Numbered from the stretch's first letter, positions 34,692-48,170 are shown. The stretch is DNA of 63,348 bases from Toensbergia leucococca (GCA_022813965.1 JALDZS010000058.1:62001-125348), one strand, 5' to 3'. A program made the numbers and translations. The notes: generated from the sequence alone by a model not told the origin.

Positions 34692-37600
34692 TGCGGGCAC
34701 CGACTGGACCTTGCAATTTGAGTAACAAAGGAACAAGCTGTCTCTTAGAAAGGAATTTAATCCTTTCAGCCCTTCACTAGCAATCTAGGTTCGTGCTCAA
34801 TTGTGCCTCCCAAGATGCTTTGTTTTCTTCGATTTTCACGCGGAATATGCCGAAATAGGGTCCGGGCTATCAAATGATACGGCCTGCCGGATCAATTGCA
34901 TCCACCTCGTAGTCAAGGTCAGTCTTTAAGGAGGAGGAACTCTATCGTTGCGATTAAATTGATGGTTGAGCCCCTGTTCTCAAGCACAAGACATCAGCAT
35001 CGGCGTCATGTAATTCGAGGACAAAATCGTGCAGAACGAGGCAATTTCGAGTCCAATTACTCACCTTCGTAAACAGTCCCTTGTGGGCGGGTGAAAGTCG
35101 TTATGCAAATGCAGCCTGCCGGCATGGACTTCCGGCAATCAAAGGAACAATTGGGCAAGCCCAAGACGCCTAGAGAACACAAGGAATGATAGATGGTCCT
35201 ACTGTAGTGGCTTTTGGTTTCTGAGCTTGGTCTAATGGTACTGCTCGAAGGTCGTACTTTCCAATTCACCGACTCTGAGACAATGACTTGATGAATTTGG
35301 CACTTGACTCCTGGCCTCAGAAGAAGCCTCCAAACGTTCAACTGACCCGCAGGAGTGGAATGGCGTTACGTCGTGAAGTCGTCAAGCTAGCTGTTGAAGG
35401 CAATGCAGGCGCAGGAGCTTTCCATGAATGAAGACAACGCTTGGCTAGGGTACAAAGCATCCAGCACAAATCTCATAAATAATCCACCAAGATTGAATTG
35501 ATCCGATTCGAAAGCTTCAGCAGTGGGATGGAGAGAAAAACTTCGACGTCACAAGTCGCGATTCTAACCGCTTGAGTCTGGTTGGCCAACGGGCTTTGAA
35601 GGAATCCCGAACGATCGACTGTCATGTGAGCTGGTGAAAAACACACACGTACTCGTACCTGGCTGAGAGGCTTTTGATGTGGGATTCTGTCGGAGTGTGG
35701 TCCGTATTCTCCTGCTAGGCTACTCGTGTTCAAGCACAAGTACGAGAGGCATCAGCTGCCGAGGATTAGGAAGAGCTCCAGCCCAAACGATGGCCGTTCC
35801 CAAGTCCTCATCCTTCTGGTTACAAGTTAGCCTCCTGCTCAGTGCGGTAAGCAGGCGTAGACACTAAGGCATGCTGGTGTGTAGGTTATTTGGTCCATGT
35901 AAGGATCTCCCCTGGCACTTGATTTTGCCTCGAACAGCACGGCATGCTGGGAGTCAAAAGCAGCGGCAACGACGACTCTTTGCCACAGGCGCTAGGCGGC
36001 CTCGAAGCTTGGCTCTTGGCACTCTTCGCGTGCACGTCTGACTCTGGATTGACGGTTGAGTCTGCTTAATCTGATTTCATAAGACTGCTGATGTTCTGCT
36101 CAAAGAGGTAGAGCCATGATATCAATCGAGTCATCTACCTCGTCTAGCTTGGGGGCTCGACTACCCTTCTGCAAGTAAATCATGATACTAGGTAAGGATC
36201 AACACTGTAACGGTAGATTTCAGTTCAGTACGTAACAGTGTCTGTTTAGAAAAGACGCTAAACTTCGGACTTAGCCTCCAGTCTATATTATGTTACTTTA
36301 CCTAGTCGTGGTAAGGTCCGCATTTTTCGTCCAGGTTGACGATCCGCGGTGGAAGTCTACCTAAAGGTACCTACTCTCCTACTCTACAAAGATCCACCAG
36401 AGTACTCCCAGTCGAGGGAGTGTCAGCGTCGGCAAAAAAACACGTAAGTATGGAGTAGCAAGTCAATCATTATTAACAATATTTTACACACGCATAGGTA
36501 CAGTCAATGATGAATAAATTACTGATGATGCGGCTCACAGGCAAGGGCTAGGGAGAATAGAGAAGGCCATCCGGATGAAGGTCTATACTAGTACGGTTAC
36601 TACTGATGCCATCCCAATGTCTTGAAAGTCTACTCATATTTCACCATGGATGTTTACACCGTGTTCGAGAATGGCATTCTTCCATTAGCTCTGGTGGTAA
36701 TGTTACTCAGTCCTAATACTTCGTACCGTTGATCTGAGTGCGGTCAAAGTTCACTGACTGATGCGGACCCTGACCGGGCGATATGGTATGATATTCTAGT
36801 GGGACGCTGCTTTTGTAGAATAGTCAGAATCCGGGGTTGTAGGTCTAAGGACAAACTCTGTTCTCGTCATGTCATGCATGCGCGCTTCGAGCCTTCGAGC
36901 CTTTGAGCCTACGATCTTACCCCAGGCCTGTTCATTAGCTTCGCTTGCAGCTTTTCACCCACACCAGACGAAGCAGATTGCTCACTAGCACATCCATCGG
37001 CCGTTCGGTCTTGACAATCCTCGTAGCTTATCGGAGATATGAATTATTCAATAGTCAGCACCCAATTTCTCAGCCTTCCCTCTCCCATCTTCATCTTCAT
37101 TATTCGAAGCGTCAGCCACGGCACTCGTTCTCTAGCAACGCCACCCAAGACCTTCATTTAGATTCCCATGGGTAATAGTTAATATTCAATACTCGTAGCA
37201 TGTTCGAATCCCAAGCCAACTGGACACGACCGTTGTATCAGCTTCCCAGCTTGCGAGGTCCGTGAAGCAACACATGACCTGCGAGTCTGGACTAGAAGTC
37301 TAGCTGCTCTTGCTCCCGCCACTAACCTCCACTACTCCAACAAGCATGATGCCCCAACAGCCATGGAAAGTGGGACTCGATGCAGCAACTGTCCAGGCTA
37401 AAGGAAGTCAGGAACCGTCGGTTGGCTCAATGATCGAGTCAGTATGTTTCATTCCACTACCTATGAGCCAACACTCAAGTGGCAACAATCGGTACTCCAT
37501 TGCAAGGTACGAGTAGGTAGTCGTAAAACATTTGACTCGGTCACTCGACATAGCCAATATCGGCCAAGCTTAGTTTCATAGGCATGAGGCATCCCACCGA

Positions 37601-39548
37601 AACAGCGGCAGGTTCCCGTTTGAAATATATCTTCCAATTACACTGCGACGTTTTCATTGTGGTTGGTATTCTATTCTGCAACCTGATGAAATATCTAGTG
37701 CCTGGACCCACAAAATATCCACAATAAAATAACATAACATGGTTTACACTTTACAGCTGTTCCAGATGAAGTGCTGTGCATTGATGATGGTGTGGACGTT
37801 AACAAGCACAACATGAGGAAGCGCAGACTGGAGGGCCGGATCACGTTGCCCTCGTTCAGATGTTGATCGTACTTAGCAACAGAAAAGGTCGACCCACTCA
37901 ATTGGTCCGGTGGCCGGAAAAAGCAATTATCTTTGCTGCAAGAGAGGGCGGATGAAGACATTGTGTCCTATATGTTGGGCAATGAGATTGCTTGGCCTTA
38001 CTCCTAGAAGACTGCTTCTCCGAAGTCCGCTGTTTAAGGCAGGTGTCGAGTATTGATGCTCACCAAACGCATATCGGGAATCAACCCCCAATTCTGCCTG
38101 AGGCCTTTTCCTTTGCCTTTCCTGCAATGTGACGGCAATCTGCATGCATTTTGCCACTTCGCACCCCATTGCCCTGTCATCCCACGCAGTCGATCTTCAT
38201 GCACACTTCGGATTTACGAAACGAGCGTTGATATACAATCGTCGCATCGAGTGGCATCATGCTTGTGATTATCTAAATCGGCTTCGCTCTGAAATGAACA
38301 TCATACTGATCCAAGCTTTTTTTTTCTATGCTGGCAGACTTCTCCAAATCTCCCCTTTCGGCTATAATGTTGTCCTGCCTGACCCTCATGTTGCAATCGC
38401 ACTACAACATGCTGACCTCTGTGGGGTATTAACTGGAGGATGAAATTGAAATTGAAATTTTTGAATTTGCTTCAACTTGTCTTTTAATCACTTTCACCGC
38501 AAAGTCATCGATTCATATGGATTCTAAATTCTTACCTTTGGCACCACACTCAATCAAAACACTAACAGCACTGTACCTTGAATTTCGAGGAATTTTAGGA
38601 TACGGTACAGACAGACGTGACTTCTAAAGGCAGTATCTTTACACCTCTACTTTCATGTTTAATAGTCAAGCTTTGCAATATCCCTCACTGTGACAAAGAG
38701 GAGGAAGCGTTATTTATGAAAACATCGATCAAGATATTCTCCAACACCACTGCGTTACATCCAGTGAGAAGAGTGAATTTAGGAGTTGACATTCTTTTTG
38801 TGTAAAACATTGACTATTTGCAGGACAAGCTTCTGATTGCGTGGGAGATTGGAGTTGTCTTCATTCTAAAACATCCTGATGATTGAAATTTAAAGACGAC
38901 GGCTCGGACGGTGAACAAGGCCTTCTTACCATCAACTCACGGCATTACAATCCTACCATACACTTCAGCTGGACATTTTGATTCCGAGAGGTTTTTAACT
39001 GATACGAGACGTCAACTTGAATTTTTACTTCTGATTTGGTCGGTTTTTCTCGCCATGAAGACTTTGACCAAGTGATAACCATAGGAAGTCAAACTGACTT
39101 CAATCCCTCGAATTGAAAAGGACGTTTCACCGTTTTTACATATTTGCAATCTGACAAGAAGAGAACTTACTGAATCCAGGAAAGAGGACCCTTACGGACA
39201 GGAGAAGGGGAAATCAAGGAATAAGGATAGCCATCACTACTAGACCACTATATCAGGGAACAACCCCACCCCCCGGGCTAGCAACAACAGAACATATCCT
39301 CCTCACCATCCCTCAATCTGCCTCCAACAAACAACCACCCAAACCACCATCTCAGAATCCTCAAAAAGATCTCAAACAACACCAACTCCGAAATCTCAAA
39401 CCCCCACCCCCCCCCTTCTTCAAAGCAATCTCACTCAGATCCATCCTCAAATTGAAACCTACAAGAGTCCCGAGCTTGTCGCACCCAATCCCCCACCCAC
39501 CATCAACTTCAAGCCCACAATCCAACCTGAAAACCCCATACCATTCAA

Positions 39549-40046
39549 TCACCCACCCTCCGCCTCCGCCTCAGCCAAACCCCCACGACCCCCCCTCCTC
39601 TCACCCTCCAAAATCTCCCTCGCTCTAGCCTCCGCATCCACCCACCCCAACCTCACAAGAATAGCAGTCAATTCCGCCAACGAGACTGTCTCCAACTCCA
39701 CCGCCGCTGCCGCCGCCGCGGCCGCGGCCGCTTCTGCCTCGGCATCATCGACAGCATCAGCAGCAGTAACAGCCTCCCCTCCCCCAACCCCACCCACAAC
39801 CTCCAACCCCCCCTCCCTCTCCACTTCCCCTCCCCCCACACTCCTCCTCCTCCTCCTCCGCACACCCAATCCCCTCCAAAACCCCCTCCAAAACCCTCCC
39901 TCCTCCCCTCTTTCCCTCTCCCTCTCCCTCTCCCATTCCTTCCACTCCCTCAACCGCCCCACCGTCGGCGGCCCGCCCATACCCCCCGCAAACCACCACA
40001 GCGCTCGCGGGATTCTATCCTCCTCATCTTTGCTTTGGGGGGGCAT
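39549..40046 (-). CDS. Hypothetical protein (MPPQSKDEEDRIPRALWWFAGG...)
   Basis: ATG 40046 in a CACACCATG context; protein-like segments IPRALWWFAGGMGGPPT and LAELTAILVRLGW. The region is low-complexity, so the boundaries are uncertain. Confidence 0.4.
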   Translation of the reverse strand: MPPQSKDEEDRIPRALWWFAGGMGGPPTVGRLREWKEWERERERERGEEGGFWRGFWRGLGVRRRRRRSVGGGEVEREGGLEVVGGVGGGEAVTAADAVDDAEAEAAAAAAAAAAVELETVSLAELTAILVRLGWVDAEARAREILEGERRGGRGGLAEAEAEGG

Positions 40047-40604
40047 GGTGTGGTGGTGGCGGTGGGCGGTTTTGAGAGGGTAGGGTGGTAGCGAGGGAAT
40101 TTTTGGCAGGAGAGGACGAGGCGTGGGATGGAGAAGAGGCGGAATGGGAATGGGCAGCAGGTGGGCCGTGCGGGTGAAGGAACGGGTTCCGGAGGGGAGT
40201 GGGGCGGTATTCGGGGTAGGAGCGTGAGTCCAGAGCGCGGGGTTGGCCGGATGTGGCAAAGTGCGGTGGGGGAAAGGGGGTGTAGGTTGTTGTTGTTGGG
40301 TCTTGGCGGTTGCTGGGTGGGGGGCCTGTTGCTGTTGGGGGCTCTTCTGTGTTTTCTGGGGTTGGAGAGCGGGTTGGGTGGCTTTTGGCGGGTGGTGGCG
40401 GTGGTGGTGTGGGTGGTGAGATTGAGGAGGAAGAGGGTTTTTGGGGGTGATGAGGTTGTTTCTTTGGGACTGGTTTGCGTGGGTACGGGAAGCAGGGGAG
40501 GATGGATGTTAGGATTTTAGGGATTGTGAGGGGGGGGAATTGGTCGTTTGTGGATGATGGGGGGGTTGTGAGATTTGGTGTTTTGGCTGTTTTGGTTTTG
40601 GTTG

Positions 40605-40637
40605 TGGTGGTGGTGGTGGTGGTGGTGGTGGTGGTGG
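40605..40637. repeat. (TGG)11 microsatellite
   Basis: Read directly from the sequence. Confidence 0.9.
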
Positions 40638-41151
40638 GGGGGAGGGTGGTTGTTGAGGAGGGGGAGAGGAGGGTTTGGTTTTGCGGTGGGTTTTTTGGGT
40701 TGTGAGTATGAGGTTTTGGTTGTGGTGGTGGTGGCATTTGTGGCCTGGGCTGGGATGGGAGGTTGGTTGTGTTTGCTTTGATGGAGGATGGGAGATTTTG
40801 AGTTTGGTTATGGTTATGGTGATGGTGGTGGTGACGGGCAAGTGAGGATAAAAAGAAAGATGGAGGAAGGCAAGAAGGAAGGAAGGAAGAGGCTTTTTGC
40901 TTTGCTTGCTGAGTGGGAGGTGGATATATCATCATATTGGCCACACAGCTGGGTGAATTCAATGAAAGATGACTCTTGGGCTGAGGAAAGATTTGGGGTG
41001 CTGTGTCATTAGATTTTTGTTTTCTGGGGTTGAATTGATCACGTCGAACGCATGAAGATGTTATGGATGAACTTATGGAATCAATGATATTTTTATGCTA
41101 ACCGTGGAAGTGGTAAAATTATTGCAAGACTGATGTGGTGGTTCTGTCTAC

Positions 41152-42871
41152 CTACACGCTGATTGTTTTAAAGACCCTAGATTCCGAGTTTTCGTCAGCC
41201 AGATAGAAATCAACCACAAAATATACCAACTCTGGCTCTCCATCGAAAAGAAAATACAAGAGAAGTCTCAACTCAACCAGGAAAGAAAACTAGAATAATG
41301 GAAGAGAAAAAAAGAAAACTCACCCAAATCCCGCCCCCCCAGTCGCCATCACACACCCCGGTATCTGCCGATGCCAATGACACTCCTTAACATCCTCCAT
41401 ATAATGCACAAACAGCAACTGCGGCGGTACATCCCTTACCCCAGCCGTATCCTTGCTCTCCTCGTCGTCGAGTTCGACAGCCAGATCCCAAAGCGTAAGC
41501 GTGTTGTCTGCCGCCGCAACAGCGACGATACTGTCGTCTGTAGGATGCCATTCCAAACTTGTGATTTGCTCTTTGTGGAAACTAAAGGCGGCGACTGGTT
41601 TTGATGGCGGGTCGGACGAGGTATTGTTGTTGTGATTTGGAGAAGGCTTCCATTGGCGGAGATCCCAGACAGCCCATTGGCCGTCGTCGGCACCTGAGGC
41701 GAGGAGGTGCGGTGTTTGCTGCGACCAGGAGATTACATTTACGTCGGTGCTACTGACTGAGACGCTGACGGCTGGCTTGTGGGACTTTGAGCGCAGGTCC
41801 CAGATTTTGATGGTGCCATCACTGCTTGCGGATGCGAAGACGTTGCGCTCGTTTGGAGACCATTGCAGATCTTCGACGCTGCTTTGATGGCCGGTGTAGG
41901 GCTTTGTGTCGGTGGTCCAGCGGTTGTTGTCGGCGCAGGTGGTGAGGAAGATTTTGCCGTCATTGTCGCCGGTTAGGAGTTTTGGGTTGGGGGAGAGCGG
42001 GGACCAGGCTAGGGCGTAGCCTTCTGATCTATGCATGCGGAGGGTGGAGAGGGGGAGAGATTGTTGAGGGGTAATGGTTGTGCCGGGAATGTCAAAGGCG
42101 GAGAGGTGGGGAGTTACGTTGTGGATTAGGACTTGGGCGTCTTCGGTCATTGTGGCGGTGAGGGTGGTAGGGGGTTCTGAGGAGTCTGTTTGGGGGGCTT
42201 GGTGGGCTCTTATTCGATTCGTGGGAGCTGATAGAGGTATTGTCTTCGCTTCCAGAATGGGTTCATCATTTTGCTCATCGTCATCGTCGTCGTCTGATTC
42301 CTCTTCGTTCTCTTCTTGTTCCATTCTACTCAAGCTACTAAGCTTCATTACCAGAATTCTGTTTTCCATGACTTTTGTTCTTGGCGCTTGAGTTCCTGCC
42401 ACGGCATACATTGTTGCTGGATATGTTTTGCGCGACTGGCCCAAATTATCTGGGACAATATCACACGACAAGCAAGGCCAATCACTCCCGAGATTATGGA
42501 GCATCTCATATGTGGATGGATCTGGAGCTAATATTTCTCCTGCAGCAAGTTTATTCCGGCCAGGTATAAATGTCTGCTGGTCCAGGTCCATGATATCTAG
42601 GCCAATTTAGCATCTTTATTATCAAGTGACGGTGGGCTTCGCACAGTAATACCGGCGTTTTCCACATACCCCGGCTTTCCTCAGCTTCTCGTTCCTCGTC
42701 TGGTCTTCCGTCTACACCAGCCTCGAGTATTTCGTCGTCGCTGTCGAACTCGTCCTCGAACTCATCCTCAAAATCCCCAAAATCGTCATTATTTTCTGCT
42801 TTCACAGGTCTCTGACCGCTCTTGAGGACCTTGCTATCAGCCCCTAGTTCTTCTGCTGCCCGCTTGCCCAT
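41152..42871 (-). CDS. RRB1: Ribosome assembly WD40 protein Rrb1 (GRWD1)
   Basis: Acidic N-terminus; introns 42669..42597 and 41323..41177; YEMLH...WPCLSCDI, EGYALAWS, GHQSSVEDLQWSP, VPPQLLFVH; ends GFGVFKTISV. Confidence 0.96.
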
Positions 42872-43177
42872 ATTCTTCCTTGTTCTTGGTGGGGTATAAT
42901 TGTGGTGAGAGTGATGATTTTTAATGCAGGATTGTGCGCTTTTTGAGGAGTGTCAATTTGCGATTTAAATTACTTGAACTAGACTAGCTCGGTATGATTG
43001 ATACAGCCTTATCAAATGGCGGTCGCACAATCTCATTACAATTGTAGTTACAGATCTTTCAAGGTCAAGTCTTCCAAAAGGAATGAAGCCCTTGAACACT
43101 GGCCCGCCTATCCGTATTGATCCTTGATGTTCACGTACCCTCCATCAATCCATGTTCCGCCCATGGAATTTCTCTTC

Positions 43178-43183
43178 ACGCGT
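43178..43183. promoter_or_regulatory. MCB-like element (ACGCGT) in the divergent RRB1/spg1 promoter
   Basis: ACGCGT with CGCGCGC about 10 bp downstream. Plausible for a cell-cycle gene, but it is a short motif. Confidence 0.3.
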
Positions 43184-43391
43184 TGTGAATCCTCGCGCGC
43201 TTAAGGCTGAAGCGTCAGGGGTCCAGCATTCATTCGTCACATCTTGTCAACACCAAGATTCCAGTTTCATACTCCACTACATACCCAATTCAATTACAAC
43301 ACTGCTCGTACAAGTCAGCTCTTGAACTGTTATTGGCCATTGACTCCTGCACCCCGTCTTCGCTTTCTTGAACCCTGCAGGAGCCTGAACC

Positions 43392-44534
43392 ATGGAGAAC
43401 CAGTACCCCCAAGACTCATCGGGCTCTACGCAACATTACAATTTCAAGCCGAAATCTCATGATGATGAGGCAATGGGTGGTATAGACGATGGTTCAAGCA
43501 CCACCCCTACTGGAGGCTACAGCAATGGACAACCAGCTTCGAGACGCCAATCTGTACAATCAGGGGAATACTCTGCCTCAACCGGCCCATTCCCAGTGAC
43601 ACCAGATCCAGAAGCCAATACCCGCTATCCTTCCTCCAACATGCTATACCATCAGCAGCAGCCAATGCAGCCTGTCTCGAGACCTTCATCTGGATTGTCA
43701 GGTTCAGGAGACCGATACGCATACCCTCAATCATATCAAGAGCAGAGCCAGAGATCGTCACATGCGTCATCGAATCCAGCGCAGAAGGAGCAGAGCAGTG
43801 TAGTGATTAAGGTGGGAATGGTTGGTGATGCGCAGATTGGGAAGACAAGCTTGATGGTGAAATACGTTGAAGGGAGTTGGGATGAGGATTATATACAGAC
43901 ATTAGGTGGGTCAGTACATGTTGAAGCATGTCTAGTCTTGTTAACATCAATTGAGGTGTCAACTTTATGGAAAAGACGATATCCATTCGAAATACCGAAA
44001 TAACCTTCTCGATATGGGATTTGGGAGGTCAACGAGAATTCGTCAACATGCTTCCTCTCGTATGCAACGATGCTGTAGCAATCCTTTTCATGTTCGACCT
44101 CACACGGAAGAGTACCCTCAATTCCATCAAAGAATGGTATAGGCAAGGCCGCGGTTTCAACAAGACTGCAATCCCTTTCTTGGTAGGCACCAAGTATGAT
44201 ACCTTTGTCAATTTCCCGAGGGAAGATCAAGAAGAGATATCTAATCAAGTAAGAGTAACTCTGTATGGCATTTCCCCAGGCTATCTTCTAAACCACTTCC
44301 AACAGGCTCGTCGATTCGCAAAGGCCATGCGCGCAAGTCTCATCTTTAGCAGCACCAGCCATAGCATCAACGTACAAAAGGTATTTCTCTCCCACATATA
44401 TTCCCACCTTCCCATCTAAGTATCCCACCCAGATCTTCAAGATTGTCCTCTCAAAAGCCTTTGATCTAAAATGCACCATCCCTGAAATCGAAACTATCGG
44501 CGAACCTCTCCTCCTCTACCAATCCGTGTCCTAG
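43392..44534 (+). CDS. spg1: Septum-promoting GTPase Spg1/Tem1
   Basis: [39 protein letters not shown]; introns 43906-43955, 44249-44305, 44381-44432; ends [33 protein letters not shown]. Confidence 0.96.
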
Positions 44535-47357
44535 TCCCTCTTCTTACCGAAATTTCCGAGGATTCCTTCCTCCACCCTTCTTCAAACCTCTCACAAGGAT
44601 TGATTGGCATGAGCTATGGCTACCACGAAAGCACGAACAAAGTCCCCCTTTTTCTTTTCCTACAAATGTTGCTTGGGTGCATGCTGTAGCAAGGTTGCTA
44701 GCGGGAGAAAAAGCGGTGTTTAGTGATTTTGCAATTCCATTCCCCCCCTTTACTTTTTTCTTTCAACAAGGGGAACTTGCTGGTGGATCTTGTAGGCTAA
44801 GTGCGCGGAATGGCTAGATGCAAGAAAAGACCACATAGAAAGTGACCGGTATCTCTGAAAGTGCTTGAGCGATGAAATCACTGCTGGAGACATTGATGTT
44901 GCCTTCTTTCCCTCGACGCGGGGCTGTCAAGTAGGCAGAGAGTGCCATGATTCTCCCCCTTTCCCCCTTTCCCCTACAGGACAAATCATTGTCGACACAC
45001 TCCCTTCCCCACATTCTTTCCCAGAGCCGAAAAAACCAAAAACGCGTCTCCTTTTCACACCCTCTTGTCCAAATGCAGAGGGTGCCTGTATCTGCACCCA
45101 CCCCTCGTACGGGACTGAAATATGATCTAGAGCGCGCGCCGCGGGCTTCTGAGATGCAGGTATTCAGGAGCATATTTGTTCGTTGTATCATTTCAGTGCC
45201 CCCCGGGAGGGGTGGGGACTCTCATGTGGGCAAAGGGAGGGGTTTTAGAAGTTTGTTTTTTGGGGCGTTTGAGGGAGGCCGGTTTGGGTGTTGTTCGTGA
45301 CCTCTGGTTGTCACTTTCTTTTGTCACTTTTTTTTCTTTTTCTTCCCTTTCTTCTTTTCTTTCCCACAAGGGAGTCTGGTACCTCCAATATGTGCTTGAC
45401 AGGTCTCTTTCTCTCAATGTGATGAGTGGCTTCTTTTGAGTCTTGGATGGGGATTTTGAATGGATGTTTGAGGGGGTTTTGGTTTGAGGGGGATTGAAAG
45501 GGGGGGTTTTTGAGGGGGGAGGGGAGGGAGTGTTGTGGATGATGAATGGTAAGGAGGGAGAAGAGAGGAAGTTGAGGGTTGAGGAGGAGAAAGAGTGTGA
45601 AGGAAAAAGAGAGAGGGGGTGTTATGAATAAGTTCTTCATCACACATCAGGCTAGTCACCTCATTTAGCTGTGTGCACAATACATCAACCATACTACCTA
45701 CGCTTTATCATACATATATTAGAGATAAATCCCTCATTATGTGATTTATCTCTGACAGGTGAGGAGTTGAGACTGTCTTTAGTGCAAGTCTTTCTGTGAC
45801 TGAGGTTTGTAGTTTTTTTTTTTTAAAAAAAAAGTCAAACTCTACAAATGTGTCTACTGTAGAATAGGTAACGCCTGAGTCATGCATCAAGTGAAGAAAA
45901 AAAAATAAAAGATTGATTTAGTTGTTTTGTTTTTACTTTTTTCTTCCTTTTCCTTGCTAGGTAAGGTTTTAAATTTTAATAAAAAGAAAGAAAATGAAAC
46001 ATTATCATGATTTTTCTCTTGTCATCACAACATTCTCACTTTCACAGTTTAGAAAAAAGAGAAATGTGAGTGAGGAGGTTAAGAGAAAGATTAAATCTCC
46101 TTCATTTCACACACTTTTCTCTTGATGTGAGGTAAGGAAGAAGGGAGCAAAGAAACAGTTTAATGAGTGATTAATATAAGATCATTGCATTTGAGTCAAG
46201 ATCTCATGTGTGAATTGCGTTACTTCATTTAACACATTTCTTCAGATCATTGATCTTGATTAAATTTTCCTTCAGTCAGTCAGTACTAGTGTTCTGTCAT
46301 AGTAGCTAACGCCTCTGAAAGCGCATCTCTGAAGATAACATAGTTGACATCAAAGATAAGTAAATTGAAAAAATGCTTCAGGTCATCGCAAGATTTGAGA
46401 TATATGCATCTTAAACTTTGCTTTCATTGATGCAATCATAGCATAGGACCATAGGTAGCGGCTTTCACTTATCTCTACGCTCAGCTCTGATGACTTTGTT
46501 TTCATTGACGAGGTCATTGTAAATGTTCTGCGTCACACAGGATGAATTTTAATCTTTGTTTGAGATGCATGATTGCCCAAACCTTCTCATTCTAACAATA
46601 TAGCGTCTATATCAACTCTCTTCTTTGAGTGATGAGCGAGTGACGTGGTTGCGGTTTGCCTTCTTTGAAAAGTTGTGAACAGGGTTTGGTATTCATTTTG
46701 CCGTTCACGTGGGCTTGGTGTTTCTATTCACGGGGATTTTTGCTTTGTTAGGTTTGTGTTTGCTCTGGTTTGAGTTTTTCTCTTTTTAACTTCTATATCC
46801 TATAAGAGTACGCTCACTCAAGAGAGCTTGCAGAAACGTAACTCTGCGATTCTTTGGGGGTTATAAGTCAGATGAAATGGCTCGTTTGTGGTATGTGTTG
46901 ATGATATATATAGATATATACTGAGGAATGGAGGTAAGAGGGAGTCTGGCAAACTTTCTGAGTTTTTCCCATTTTCGACGGAGAAGTGGATGACTCACAG
47001 CAATACCTTTTCTGAAGCAAACAAGAACAAGAAACACCTCGCCGCAACGTGATATAATCATACCACCAATCATCGGTGGTCTGGCTTGTTCCAAAAAGAG
47101 ATGCGAACAAACCCAAGACTAGAGTGGTCAGTGGTAAAGCAAAACCGAGCTCGAGCGCTCCGAATGCCTCGGGTTGTTGTCGCCGACCCGAATCCTCACT
47201 CCCAAGACTCTTACTTTTTTTTTTTTAGCAAAGCATTATACAGGCTCGCATCCATTTAACATGTTCTTGATACGATGTTGCCACGAGAAACCGTTCAAGT
47301 TCAAGACGAAGCGGCTGCTCCTAGATCTTCTAGTAACCTCACAAGTAACGATGGTCT

Positions 47358-47648
47358 CTCTTCGACCGCTCTACTATCTCCCTAATCGGCGCGTCCATGA
47401 CCACTCACGCTGCTAAACCCGCACTCGCTGAAGCGAATATCTCCCCCAGCGGCATCCGGGTGTGCGAACTCCATGACTGCTTCTCCTCCAACGAGATGAT
47501 TACACTCGACGAGCCTGGATTATGTGAGCCGGGTAAAGCGCACGAGATGGTCCGCAATGGTAAGATCACCTATGACGGCCGCTGCGTCGTCAATCCCTCG
47601 GGCGGGCTCATCTCAAAGGGTCACGCCCTGGGCACAAGCGGGCATTGA
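47358..47648 (+). pseudogene. Isolated internal fragment of an SCP-x/SCP2-type thiolase (C-terminal domain)
   Basis: LFDRSTISLIGASMT...VCELHDCFSSNE...VVNPSGGLISKGHALGTSG; in-frame stops on both sides; the rest of the gene is not in the window. Confidence 0.85.
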
Positions 47649-47750
47649 AATTTCTGGCTCTGAACCGCTTGCGTATGACACTGCAATGGATCGATCAGAG
47701 TGTGATGACTGAGCACGTCTAACATCAGGAATATAGAAATATGCTCTTCG

Positions 47751-48170
47751 GTGGACGAACTTGAAAGGCAAAGGCATCAAGACAAGCATGATGAGCGAAC
47801 CACCTCTTGGGTAGTGGATGCCTATCTCAGATTTGGCTGTAACAGCGGACTTTCTCAACCACTTGAGTCTGTTCCAACCATGGGCTATGCATATTCACGC
47901 AGAGGTGAAGGTAGAGAGCAATACCTTTCTTGAAACGTTCGCAGAAACTTATATAAGACGACTCCTGATTCCATCAAGGACAACTGCAACATCTCCCAGC
48001 CATGTCACGTCTAGGAAACCCTTCTGATGGAAGATCCGGTTACTCTGCACACAAAAGTCAGATTAGGCCAGTGATAGAAGACATCCGGAAAGCGGAGAAC
48101 GATCTGGACCAGCCATGAGCTCAGATTGACGAGCACTTTACCAGCGGATCGGGAGCAGCATCCAGTTAAA
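47751..48170 (+). pseudogene. Decayed internal fragment of a conserved fungal hypothetical protein (recalled as PTHR40788-like)
   Basis: VDELER...TSWVVDA, frameshift, ISDLAVTADFLNHLSLFQPWA, then PSDGRSGYSAHK...IRKAENDLDQP*AQIDEHF, with TGA where a Trp is expected. Confidence 0.55.
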
